Source: an uncultured bacterium (lineage in GTDB: Bacteria > Verrucomicrobiota > Verrucomicrobiia > Verrucomicrobiales > DEV007). Taken from it: 64,000 bases of DNA. The notes beneath the pieces were generated by a model. The model was given only the letters and a program-made list of their open reading frames with translations, did not search any database and was not told the origin of the DNA. The DNA lies in NCBI GenBank assembly GCA_963977015.1, contig CAXBMO010000024.1, positions 31,551 through 95,550 on the forward strand, read 5' to 3'. The translations under genes and the position numbers were made by a program. Numbering within the stretch: the first letter of the stretch is position 1; each line of letters opens with the position of its first letter. Shown piece after piece: positions 10,514-19,224 of the stretch.

Positions 10514-13500
10514 CTAACCAAGCAACCGAGCGAGCGATTGATGGGCTGAATCAACCCATCCTTGGTCCGGGAGAGCGTAGGGACGGAAGGTTTCAAGGTA
10601 TCCTTCCTGTTCATTGTAGAACAACGCCCGGTTCAATCCCAGATTGCTGGCCTTGGGCGAATCAATGAGGCTGGATGAGTCGTTTGCGCTCATTTGGAAC
10701 AGCACCCGCATTTCAAACTCACTCAACGCCTTGCGGCTCATCCCGCGACTGATGTTGTTGAAGTTGTCGAACATCGCAATGGTGTGGATGCCCACAGCGG
10801 GACCTTCAGTGATCAAATCATTCAACTGAGCTCCGGGCGCAGGAGCGGATTCGGCATCGAGCGAGAAACTGAAGTCTTCCTCATAACGCAGCTTCTTGAA
10901 CTTCTGAAGCCCCTGGATGATGACGAACGTCGTTGGCGCCTCGGCGGCGGCGGCCTCGTCTTCGGTCCGTGCCTTCATGTCGGACGCCAAATCGGCCATC
11001 ACCGGCTCAACATCGGAGTTCTGAGCCAATTGAACGTGGTGCTGGAGTCCGGCGCAAACCCGGTGAAGGAAGGCGCGCTCGGGCGTTTCCGGCGCGGTGC
11101 CGTCAAAAACCACGAACTTGAGTTTTCCGGCCGCAAACTGCGCGCTGAGGGAAACGAGCGAAACCGCCAGAATCGCGAGGGCCGACTCATCCCGCTGACC
11201 AACGACGAGCAAATTGTTCCCGCTCTGACGCTGAAACGCGGCTTCCGTTGGGCCCTTGATGGAATTGGGCGCTCCCAGGTAGGCGCGGACGACGCCACTG
11301 GTTGGCGCGATGGATTCCGCGCCGAGCATTTGCTCCAACGCCGAATTCTCGCGAACGTTGCCCGGCGCGTTGCCCTCGAAAACGACCGGACCGGCATATT
11401 TTTTGCCCGAATCGTCGGCGAGTTGGCGAACCTTGGTCAAATAACGCTCGCGGGTACCGTCGTTGAGCCAAACGACCTGAAACGGATTGTTTCCTTCCAC
11501 GGCCCCGGCGTTGTCGTTGTAAATTCCCTCTCCGGGACGCGAAAGCAGACGCGCCGCCGGGTTGTTGTCGTCCATGATGAGGTAGGAATCCGCCTCATTA
11601 CACTGCAGCGCGATCCGGATGACCATTTGTCCCAGGGTGGAGCGCGCCAAGGTGAACGCACCGCCCAACGTCTGCGACCCAAGGATCACATGAATCCCGA
11701 AGGCTCGACCTTGACGAACAATCCGGTCCAAGAGCAGGGCTGCGTTTTGCGAAACGCGATCGTCCTCCACAAAATATTCCTGAAACTCATCAATGAGGAG
11801 GAGACTCCGCGGCATTTTTTCCGTTCCGCCCGCGGCTTTGTAGCCGGGAATGTCCTGAACGCCAAGCTGGCGGAAGAGATCACCGCGACGCTTCAATTCA
11901 TCATCGACCCGCTGCAACACGCTGAGTCCGAATTCCCGATCACTCTCGATCGCGATGACCTTGGCGTGCGGAAGCCGATGCGTGGCGTAGGCCTTGAATT
12001 CGACCCCTTTTTTGAAATCGATCAGGTAAAACTCGACCTCATCCGGACTGAACCAAGACGCCAGGTTGGTGATCATGACGTGAAACAACGTCGATTTGCC
12101 GGAACCGGTCTTCCCTGCAACCAACGCGTGCTGCTGGGTTCCCTTCCCGATCGCCAGTTGCTGCAATTTCGTCGCTCCCGTCCTCCCGATCGGCACTTTC
12201 AACTCCTTGGTCGTATCCAGACTCCAGAACTGCTCATCGGTCGGGGCGATGGTTTCGAACGGCACTTCCACGCGCGTTGAGTCGACGCTGGCCTGACCAA
12301 CTTTGTGGATGAAATTGATCGCGTAATCCGGATCTGGCGCCGCCTCCGGGACAATTGAAGCTCCGCGGATCGCATCGTCCGTGAAGATGACGCTGTCGGT
12401 TTTGCAGGTGAGACAGGCCGCAGTGTTGCGAAGGTCCTGCGGCTTAAAACCGGAAGGAGCCGGGCTGCGCGTGTCCCAGTGAATCAGGGCATAAACACCA
12501 CACCGCGCTCCGCTTTGCACGATGCTCATGAGGCGTTTCACCGCCATATCGCTGAATCCGTTCGGGAAATCCGCGACCACCAGGTAGTGGTATTTTTCGG
12601 CAATATTCCCGGCCGCCTCGTTGTATTCCGTGATCGTGCTGTAGTCGTTTCGCAGATACATCTGGATCACCTTCTCCATGTGCTCGTTCAGCTCACCGAG
12701 GCGTTTGTCGATGTGCTCGGATTGCGTCCAAATCCGGCTGTTGATCAAGCTTTCCTCGTAATCCGCCATGTGCATGATCCCGGCGAAATTTTCGCCCAAA
12801 CTCACGGGATCCAGAATCGTGAAACTCAGCCGCCCGGGCGGAGTCAGCGACATGAGCCGCAAAATCACATTGTTCAGCGTGCTGATCCCGACCTCACGAC
12901 CAACGTTGCCGCTTTCCACCAAAACGCTGCCTTGGTCGGGGATTTTGAGGGTCAGCGGAATCGACAACTCAGCCGGTCCCGGAAGCGCCAATTTCGGACT
13001 TTCCGGAAGCTCTCCGGCCAATTCCGCGACATCGACATTCACGGTCCCAAGATTGGCGACGTTGTGGAATTCGGTCGGGCTTTGCCAATTCTCAATAAAT
13101 TCCTGAGTCCACGGCGGAAACAGCTCGGAACTGGCCGCATTCGCAGCGCCCACGGCCTGGTAAATGCCGGTCATCTCCGCGTTCCATTCCGCGATCAAAT
13201 TCTCCCAATTCGTTTCGTAGTTGGAGCCAACTTCGCTCAAGCCGCCCTGCATCGACTGAATCAAGGTCTGCTTGGTCGACTCCGCCTGAGATTTGAGCGA
13301 AGCGAGCTGATTCTCCAAACTGCTGTTCAACTCAGCCAGCTTTCGTTCGCGAATGCTGTCGAATTTGCCCATCACCCGAACATTCTGATCCTCGATCTTT
13401 TTCGGGTAGGTCGCCTTCATGGCTTCGGCTTCCTGGAGAGCAACATTGTAGTTTCGCTTCAGCTCGGCGATTCGATCGGTGTGCGCGCCTTCAATCAACG

Positions 13501-14422
13501 CGACCTGCTGCTGATAATGCGCGTCGGAATCCAGGGAACAGGCATCGACCAATTGCCGCGACCGACCCATCGCTTTGGCGATTTTCGCGGCGGCCCCGGT
13601 CGCGTTCTTCTTTCCGGCAAAATAGAAAAAGCAGGTCAGGATCAGAAGCCACAATGCCGAAACGCCGACGGCCCCGACATACAGCATCTCGACTTCGTTG
13701 TAGAGCAGGAGCCCCGCAACCGCGCCGTGAACCAGGAGAATCAGGATGATCAGCAACGAAACCGGCAAGGCGCCGAAAAAGCGCGGCATCACGTATTTCT
13801 TGAAGTCGTTCAACTCCGCCGCGGCCGTGTTCATTTCTCCGCGATAGACATCCATCATCGCCTCCACATCCTCTGAGATCTCAGCCACCGGCACCTTCCG
13901 TTCCTTCGCCATCATGCGACGAAATGCGCTGTAACCGCGCGTTGCCCGCTTCGCGGCCTTCTCCATCCGCACCAGATCCTTATGATCGTCGCCCACGATG
14001 GTTCGCAGTGCTTCGACCCGCTCCCAGGCCTTGCCGAAGGCCGCGTCCCTCTCGCGATCCGCCATCATGCGGTTCTTCTGCATCTCGTAGGTCCCCTGCC
14101 CTTCGCGCGCCGCGATCACTTCGCGAACGCGTTGGCGGCTGTTCATGTAAGCCTGGTTGATCCGCGCTTTTCGCTGCTCGAACCGTTGCTCCACTTGAAC
14201 CACCTTGTTGGCATGCAGCTCCTCGACCTGCTGCAACTGCTTCTCAAGCTTCTTGTCCTCAACCTCCAGCGCCTCCTCAGTTTCCGTCTCAAGGCGGGAA
14301 GTATTCACCCGGGAACCAGACTCGACACGAGATTCGCGTTTCGCGAAATCGGCGACGCTGGTTTTGAGGCGATCGATGAGTTCGCGCGTCTGGCGAACTG
14401 TCAAAAAGTCGTCGTTATTCAC
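10514..14422 (-). CDS. Membrane-anchored FtsK/SpoIIIE-family ATPase (EccC/EssC-like)
   Basis: N-terminal coiled coil, TM hairpin, second coiled coil, and an intact FtsK domain (HALVAGKTGSGKST, LIDFK, LLLIDEFQ, GRAFGIHVILGSQ) flanked by two degenerate repeats. Confidence 0.88.
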   Translation of the reverse strand: MNNDDFLTVRQTRELIDRLKTSVADFAKRESRVESGSRVNTSRLETETEEALEVEDKKLEKQLQQVEELHANKVVQVEQRFEQRKARINQAYMNSRQRVREVIAAREGQGTYEMQKNRMMADRERDAAFGKAWERVEALRTIVGDDHKDLVRMEKAAKRATRGYSAFRRMMAKERKVPVAEISEDVEAMMDVYRGEMNTAAAELNDFKKYVMPRFFGALPVSLLIILILLVHGAVAGLLLYNEVEMLYVGAVGVSALWLLILTCFFYFAGKKNATGAAAKIAKAMGRSRQLVDACSLDSDAHYQQQVALIEGAHTDRIAELKRNYNVALQEAEAMKATYPKKIEDQNVRVMGKFDSIRERKLAELNSSLENQLASLKSQAESTKQTLIQSMQGGLSEVGSNYETNWENLIAEWNAEMTGIYQAVGAANAASSELFPPWTQEFIENWQSPTEFHNVANLGTVNVDVAELAGELPESPKLALPGPAELSIPLTLKIPDQGSVLVESGNVGREVGISTLNNVILRLMSLTPPGRLSFTILDPVSLGENFAGIMHMADYEESLINSRIWTQSEHIDKRLGELNEHMEKVIQMYLRNDYSTITEYNEAAGNIAEKYHYLVVADFPNGFSDMAVKRLMSIVQSGARCGVYALIHWDTRSPAPSGFKPQDLRNTAACLTCKTDSVIFTDDAIRGASIVPEAAPDPDYAINFIHKVGQASVDSTRVEVPFETIAPTDEQFWSLDTTKELKVPIGRTGATKLQQLAIGKGTQQHALVAGKTGSGKSTLFHVMITNLASWFSPDEVEFYLIDFKKGVEFKAYATHRLPHAKVIAIESDREFGLSVLQRVDDELKRRGDLFRQLGVQDIPGYKAAGGTEKMPRSLLLIDEFQEYFVEDDRVSQNAALLLDRIVRQGRAFGIHVILGSQTLGGAFTLARSTLGQMVIRIALQCNEADSYLIMDDNNPAARLLSRPGEGIYNDNAGAVEGNNPFQVVWLNDGTRERYLTKVRQLADDSGKKYAGPVVFEGNAPGNVRENSALEQMLGAESIAPTSGVVRAYLGAPNSIKGPTEAAFQRQSGNNLLVVGQRDESALAILAVSLVSLSAQFAAGKLKFVVFDGTAPETPERAFLHRVCAGLQHHVQLAQNSDVEPVMADLASDMKARTEDEAAAAEAPTTFVIIQGLQKFKKLRYEEDFSFSLDAESAPAPGAQLNDLITEGPAVGIHTIAMFDNFNNISRGMSRKALSEFEMRVLFQMSANDSSSLIDSPKASNLGLNRALFYNEQEGYLETFRPYALPDQGWVDSAHQSLARLLG

Positions 14423-14627
14423 AGTCTTTCCGGACCTTGGCTACAATTTTGTCAAGCTTATCGATGACAGTGACGGCCGTGTCCACATTTTCAAACAACC
14501 CACTGAGATAACGCGCCTCAAATTCAAGCGCTTTTTGGTCGCGCCAGTAAGCCCTGGTCGCCTCCCACTTGCGAGAGAGCTCCTTGGTCGATCCGGCCAA
14601 CCTCGCTTTACTGGCATTCATATTCAT
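14415..14627 (-). CDS. Small helical WXG100-like protein (70 aa)
   Basis: Helix-turn-helix pattern with central YWRDQ. Overlaps both neighbouring genes. Confidence 0.72.
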   Translation of the reverse strand: MNMNASKARLAGSTKELSRKWEATRAYWRDQKALEFEARYLSGLFENVDTAVTVIDKLDKIVAKVRKDCE

Positions 14628-15199
14628 TGCTCATCCTCCTTTGTCTCTGGAGCATCCACCTGTGACTCGGCAGCTGCGGCATCCTCTGAGGTTGCCAGAG
14701 TCGTCGTCGTATCACCGGCCGACGTCCGCGCCGTGCCCGCATATTCATCCAGGCTCTTGACCGCCTGCGCCAGATACGCGACCGCCTTCGGCAAATCGTT
14801 GCCCACCATGTTGCGCAACCGCTCCAGATTCCGCGCCATTGGCTCCACCTGGCTGTCGAACGAGCGAATCCAACTCTGCGTCGCCCGCAGCTTCGTTTCC
14901 GCCTCGCGCAACGCCTCCTCGCAACGCTCCACCTGACGCTTTTGCAAGGTCGTCGAATCCATCATGCTGGACAACTCGGCGCTGAACAGCTCCTGCTGTG
15001 CATCGTTCAACTTCCGCGTTCGACGCCGGATCTCCGTTTTCCAATGCGGAATCTGGTTGTTCAGCAACCAAACCCGAAGCCGCGTCACCTCATCGCTCAC
15101 CTCGGCAAGCGACATCCCCGCCTTTTCCATGTAGGTGATGAGCGAGGCTCGAAAGTCCTCCAACGCATCAACCCGGGAGATGTTCGCCTTGTCTGCCAT
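14624..15199 (-). CDS. Coiled-coil protein, 191 aa, in the WXG100/FtsK operon
   Basis: Predicted all-helical heptad pattern with an acidic low-complexity tail. ATGA overlap with the downstream gene. Confidence 0.75.
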   Translation of the reverse strand: MADKANISRVDALEDFRASLITYMEKAGMSLAEVSDEVTRLRVWLLNNQIPHWKTEIRRRTRKLNDAQQELFSAELSSMMDSTTLQKRQVERCEEALREAETKLRATQSWIRSFDSQVEPMARNLERLRNMVGNDLPKAVAYLAQAVKSLDEYAGTARTSAGDTTTTLATSEDAAAAESQVDAPETKEDEQ

Positions 15200-15207
15200 C
15201 GTCCCGT

Positions 15208-15480
15208 CTAACGTTGGCTCAGGTAATCCTCAATCCGCTGGGCCTTCCGAAGCAGGAGCGGCGCATGCCGGTTCGACGCTTCGAGAAATTTCTTCAGCGC
15301 CTTGCTCGTATCCTGAAACTCCTCGGCAAATTGCTGGTGCTCCTGATCCTGCCAAGTATCACCCAGCGCCGAAAACCGCGCCTGCAGCGAACTCATCCGG
15401 TTTTGGAGATCTCCGTTAAACCGCTTCAATTCTTCAGCGAAACGCCGAACTTCTTCTGGATCAATAATTGCCTGGGCCAT
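15208..15480 (-). CDS. WXG100-family (EsxA-like) protein, 90 aa
   Basis: IDPEEVRRFAEEL N-terminus, central LGDTWQDQ turn, about 90 aa two-helix pattern. Confidence 0.85.
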   Translation of the reverse strand: MAQAIIDPEEVRRFAEELKRFNGDLQNRMSSLQARFSALGDTWQDQEHQQFAEEFQDTSKALKKFLEASNRHAPLLLRKAQRIEDYLSQR

Positions 15481-15504
15481 AGCTGTGGGATTCGTCTTTG
15501 GACG

Positions 15505-15534
15505 ACTCTAACAGGGAAATCTTGAAGACTCCAA
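15505..15534 (-). promoter_or_regulatory. Candidate promoter for the WXG100/FtsK operon
   Basis: Minus strand reads TTGGAG, 18 nt, TAGAGT, with TG one base upstream of the hexamer (extended -10 pattern). Confidence 0.35.
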
Positions 15535-15553
15535 GACTGTTTTTTGGGAAGGG

Positions 15554-16729
15554 TTAGCTCGGCACGCCTGGAGCCTCAACAGGCGATTCAGCCTCCTCAG
15601 GTTCCTCCACTTCCCGAATCTTGACTTCCATGCCCTCGATGACGGCTTCGATGGGGGTGAGGCAGATTCGTTCGCCCTGATCGAGACCGGCGGTGACGAT
15701 GGCTTCGTCGCCCTGACGCCGGAGAACGTTGACGGTGCGGAACTTGAGCCGGTTGTCCGGACCGACGAGGACGAGGCGGTCTTCGCCGTAGAAGGCTTTG
15801 AGGGGGACGCGGACGGCGTCGCGAATCGTGCGGCCTTCCACCGCCGCCTGGACGAAGAGGCCGGGTTGCATGATGGCGATGTCGCTGGGGCGCGGGCTGA
15901 CTTCGGCCACGAGGTAAACGGAGCGACTGGCCCGATCGATGACGCCTTCCTGCCTAACGACGTTGCCATTCCATTCGAAGGTTTGGCCGCCAGCTTGGGT
16001 TTTGAGCACCGCCTTGGGGTTGTCGCCCACGAGGGCAAATTCATCGAGGGAAAGCGGGAGACGGATCTCGAACGGGGCGACGGCGTAGACGTTGGCGACG
16101 GGGGCGCCCGGGGTGAGGAAGGAACCCAGTTCGACACTGATTTTCTCCAAACGGCTGTCGTAATCCGCTTTGATCTCGGTTCGCACCAAATCGCGCTGGG
16201 CTTTCTCCACATTCGCCTTCGCAGCTTCGATGCGGGCCTTGGCACTGGCGATTTGAGGTTTGCGCAGGGTCAGATCGGTCGGCTTTCCTCCGCGCCCAAG
16301 CCGCTGCCAGTCGCGATATGCTTTTTCAGCCTGGGCCTCTTCCGTTGCGAGCATCAATTCGGCCTCGGCTTTGGTGGCTTTGGCCTGGGCGAGGGCGGAT
16401 TCGTAGTCAGCCTTTTCCAGCCGAATCATGGGCTCGCCCTTGGTGAATTGACCACCGGCCTCAAATTTCTCTGAAACCCAGACGACTTTGCCGGCGACTT
16501 CGGCGGCAAGTTGCGTTTCGCGCGCAGGCTCGACCATGCCCTGGGAGGGAAGCTCCAATTTCAGCGTCTCTTTCTCGACGCTGGCGACTTCGACAACCGG
16601 AAGCGCCCGAACAGTCGGCGCCTTCTCAGCCTCCGGCTTCAGCTTCAGGAGAACCACCGCCGCTGCCACTCCGGCGCCTAAAACGATCAAGCACAGAACT
16701 AGCTGAGTCAGCTTCAGGGAGAGTTTCAC
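15554..16729 (-). CDS. RND-type periplasmic adaptor (membrane fusion protein)
   Basis: N-terminal TM anchor, AAEVAGKV lipoyl half-motif, helical hairpin, RTEIKA, PGLFVQA, GLDQGERI. Confidence 0.9.
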   Translation of the reverse strand: MKLSLKLTQLVLCLIVLGAGVAAAVVLLKLKPEAEKAPTVRALPVVEVASVEKETLKLELPSQGMVEPARETQLAAEVAGKVVWVSEKFEAGGQFTKGEPMIRLEKADYESALAQAKATKAEAELMLATEEAQAEKAYRDWQRLGRGGKPTDLTLRKPQIASAKARIEAAKANVEKAQRDLVRTEIKADYDSRLEKISVELGSFLTPGAPVANVYAVAPFEIRLPLSLDEFALVGDNPKAVLKTQAGGQTFEWNGNVVRQEGVIDRASRSVYLVAEVSPRPSDIAIMQPGLFVQAAVEGRTIRDAVRVPLKAFYGEDRLVLVGPDNRLKFRTVNVLRRQGDEAIVTAGLDQGERICLTPIEAVIEGMEVKIREVEEPEEAESPVEAPGVPS

Positions 16730-18251
16730 GTTTCTTGTTTACGATTTCAGATGGTTCATGGCTGCGAAAATCGCCGCCGAGAGCGACATGCAGATCAACT
16801 CGATTGTCTAGACGTTGTCGACGGGCATCGATTAACGCGGATTCAGAATTGATCAACTGTTGTTGCGCACGGAGAAGCGTTAACACATCGCCGACGCCTC
16901 CGACATAGTCGTCCCGGGCGCGATCCAGCGCGTCGCGGCCCAGAGCGACGGCCTTTTGCAAGGCGGCAACGCGTTTGGCCTGGTATGAGTCGGCGGCCAA
17001 TGCTTCCTCGACTTCGCGAAAGGCAGTCAATGCGGTTTGCTCAAAGTTTGCCAATGCGGCTTCGGCCTCGGCTTCGCGGAGTTGCACGGTTGCGCGGAGG
17101 CGTTTTCCGTCGAGCAACGGCTGGGCGGCGCGACCGGCAATGCTCCAGACGGTGAAGTCGGTGTCGAAAATGTCGCTCAGGTCTTCGGTCGACGTTCCGT
17201 AGGCTCCGGTGAGCGTCACCGCCGGAAGGAGGCTGCGTTTGGCCTGAACGATGCGCTCGTCGCTGGCGGAGAGGCGGCGCTCAGCGGCGACGAGGTCGGG
17301 ACGACGCTCCAGAAGTTCGGCGGGAATTCCAGCCGGAGGCGCGCCGGGCATGCTCGGCAGACGCGAGGCCGACCGCAATTCACTGGAGGGATAACGCCCC
17401 AAAATGACTTCCAGCAATTTGTTGGAGCGCATGAGTTCCTCCTGGCGCTGGTAGACGGCTGCGCGGGAGTTTTCGACGTCGGCCAGCGCGAGTTGCAGCT
17501 CTCCGGCCGCATTTTCGCCCAACCCTTTCTCAAATTCCGTCCGAATGATCTCCTGGGTTTGGTTGAAGATCTGCAGGGCCCGCTCCGAAAGTTCGGTTTG
17601 CTCCTTGGCGGCGATCAACGCGAACCAGCCCTTGGCGGTTTGCGACGCAATCGAAAGTTGAGCGGCGCGAAAATCGGCTTCCGAAGCCTGGAGCTCCGCC
17701 AACGACGCGGATTTTGCCGCCGCGACCCGTCCCCAGAGATCCAATTCCCAGGTCAGGTTGAGATCGAGACCAAAGCTATTGCTCAACGTTGTCTGGACCG
17801 TTTCGACAGGCGCGGCACCATCCGTCGTGGTTCCTGACGTTCCCCGCGGAAAACCGATGAAGTTTCGCTGCGTGCGAACGCCATCGAACTCTCCGCTCAC
17901 CTGGGGTTTACGGTCGGCGCCGGCGATGATCACGTTGGAGCGGGCCTGGCGAATGCGGGCGGCAGTGGACTTGAGATCGTAGTTGTTGGCCAGGGCCTCA
18001 TCGACGATCTGCTTCAGCTTGGGATCGCGAAAGGTCGTAACCCACTCGGCGTCAGCCATCGGCTTGTTGGCGGCGCGCTCGGTCCATCCTTCCGGAATTT
18101 TCAGGCCCAGTTTCTCGTAATCGGGCTCAGGTGTGGTGACACACCCAGCCAGGAGCAGAGTGCACAAAAACGCAGCCGGGATCGCTGCGAACAAATGCGC
18201 AGCCCCCTCGTGCTCGCGGCAGGGGCGAGTCGAAGCCTCAGGGTTCTTCAT
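16626..18251 (-). CDS. Outer-membrane efflux lipoprotein (NodT/OprM/TolC family)
   Basis: Lipobox LLLAGC, WELDLWGR, PAELLERRPDL.AAE, AFREVE, LHVALGG. Start taken at ATG 18251. Confidence 0.92.
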   Translation of the reverse strand: MKNPEASTRPCREHEGAAHLFAAIPAAFLCTLLLAGCVTTPEPDYEKLGLKIPEGWTERAANKPMADAEWVTTFRDPKLKQIVDEALANNYDLKSTAARIRQARSNVIIAGADRKPQVSGEFDGVRTQRNFIGFPRGTSGTTTDGAAPVETVQTTLSNSFGLDLNLTWELDLWGRVAAAKSASLAELQASEADFRAAQLSIASQTAKGWFALIAAKEQTELSERALQIFNQTQEIIRTEFEKGLGENAAGELQLALADVENSRAAVYQRQEELMRSNKLLEVILGRYPSSELRSASRLPSMPGAPPAGIPAELLERRPDLVAAERRLSASDERIVQAKRSLLPAVTLTGAYGTSTEDLSDIFDTDFTVWSIAGRAAQPLLDGKRLRATVQLREAEAEAALANFEQTALTAFREVEEALAADSYQAKRVAALQKAVALGRDALDRARDDYVGGVGDVLTLLRAQQQLINSESALIDARRQRLDNRVDLHVALGGDFRSHEPSEIVNKKRETLPEADSASSVLDRFRRRSGSGGGSPEAEAGG

Positions 18252-18396
18252 CGTCTCAAAAAAAGGGAGTCGGGTGTGGTCGGCAAAAAGAGGGGTGAGG
18301 ATATTTCGCACATGTTAGACATTTTACGAGTGTAAAGTGAGGAAGCGCCGTCAAAAACTCCTTGGCGGAGTCCGCAGAATGGTGAATGGCTCTAAC

Positions 18397-19224
18397 ATGG
18401 CCACCACTCTAGCAGGCACGAGATTCGACCTCCGATTTGGAGATTGCATCGCAGGCATGAAAAAGCTGCGAGACGAATCCATCGATCTCGTCGTCACGTC
18501 TCCGCCTTACAATCTCGGGACGAACTATGGCAAATACAAAGACAACAAATCGGTCGAGGAGTATCTGGAATGGTGCAAAACCTGGGCCGGCCAAATTCAG
18601 CGCATTCTCAAACCCGACGGCTCGTTTTTTCTGAACATCGGGGCTTCGCCAGCCAACCCCTTGCTCCCCCATCAGCTCCTTCTGGCGCTGACGCCCGAAC
18701 TCTTTACGCTGCAAAACACATTTCACTGGGTGAAATCCATCACCGTCGAAACTCGAGCGGGCGAGGAAGTGTCTGTGGGTCATTTCAAGCCGATCAATTC
18801 GAAGCGATTCGTGAACGATTGCCACGAATTTGTTTACCACTTCACGCTCGAGGGCAATATCCCGCTCGACCGGCGTGGGATCGGGGTGGAATACGTACAC
18901 AAGAGCAATATTTCGCGCTGGGGCCACACCGGAGGAGAAGACAAACGCTGTCGCGGCAACAACTGGTTTGTGCCCTATGAAACCATCCAAAAGCGCAGCA
19001 AGGAGCGCCCGCATCCGGCAACGTTTCCGGTGAAACTCGCCTCAATGTGCATCGGCATCATGGATCGTGATCCGAGTGCCATCACGATGCTGGATCCCTT
19101 TCTCGGGATTGGCCACGCCGCGATTGCCGCTGAAAACGAAGGCGTTGACCGGTTTATCGGCTTCGAAATTGATAAGAAGTATTTCAAGGAAGCGAAATCC
19201 CGACTCGCCCCGCCCGAAGAATGA
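18397..19224 (+). CDS. Orphan N4-cytosine/N6-adenine DNA methyltransferase (beta-class motif order)
   Basis: Catalytic TSPPY near the N-terminus, HPATFP, and SAM-binding LDPFLGIG near the C-terminus. Confidence 0.9.
   Translation: MATTLAGTRFDLRFGDCIAGMKKLRDESIDLVVTSPPYNLGTNYGKYKDNKSVEEYLEWCKTWAGQIQRILKPDGSFFLNIGASPANPLLPHQLLLALTPELFTLQNTFHWVKSITVETRAGEEVSVGHFKPINSKRFVNDCHEFVYHFTLEGNIPLDRRGIGVEYVHKSNISRWGHTGGEDKRCRGNNWFVPYETIQKRSKERPHPATFPVKLASMCIGIMDRDPSAITMLDPFLGIGHAAIAAENEGVDRFIGFEIDKKYFKEAKSRLAPPEE

Noticed and set aside
8651-13876. Long plus-strand ORFs (532, 528 and 465 aa) opposite fusA and the FtsK ATPase
   Set aside because: Antisense shadows of well-supported genes in GC-rich DNA, with no recognisable motifs.
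10514-14422. Interpretation as the cell-division DNA translocase FtsK or an ICE coupling protein
   Set aside because: No gamma domain or 4-TM FtsK N-terminus and no relaxase, integrase or T4SS genes nearby. The WXG100-like neighbours fit a T7SS-like ATPase better.
18397-19224. Restriction-modification system
   Set aside because: No endonuclease or specificity gene adjacent; the Uma2 gene is 16 kb away and unlinked.
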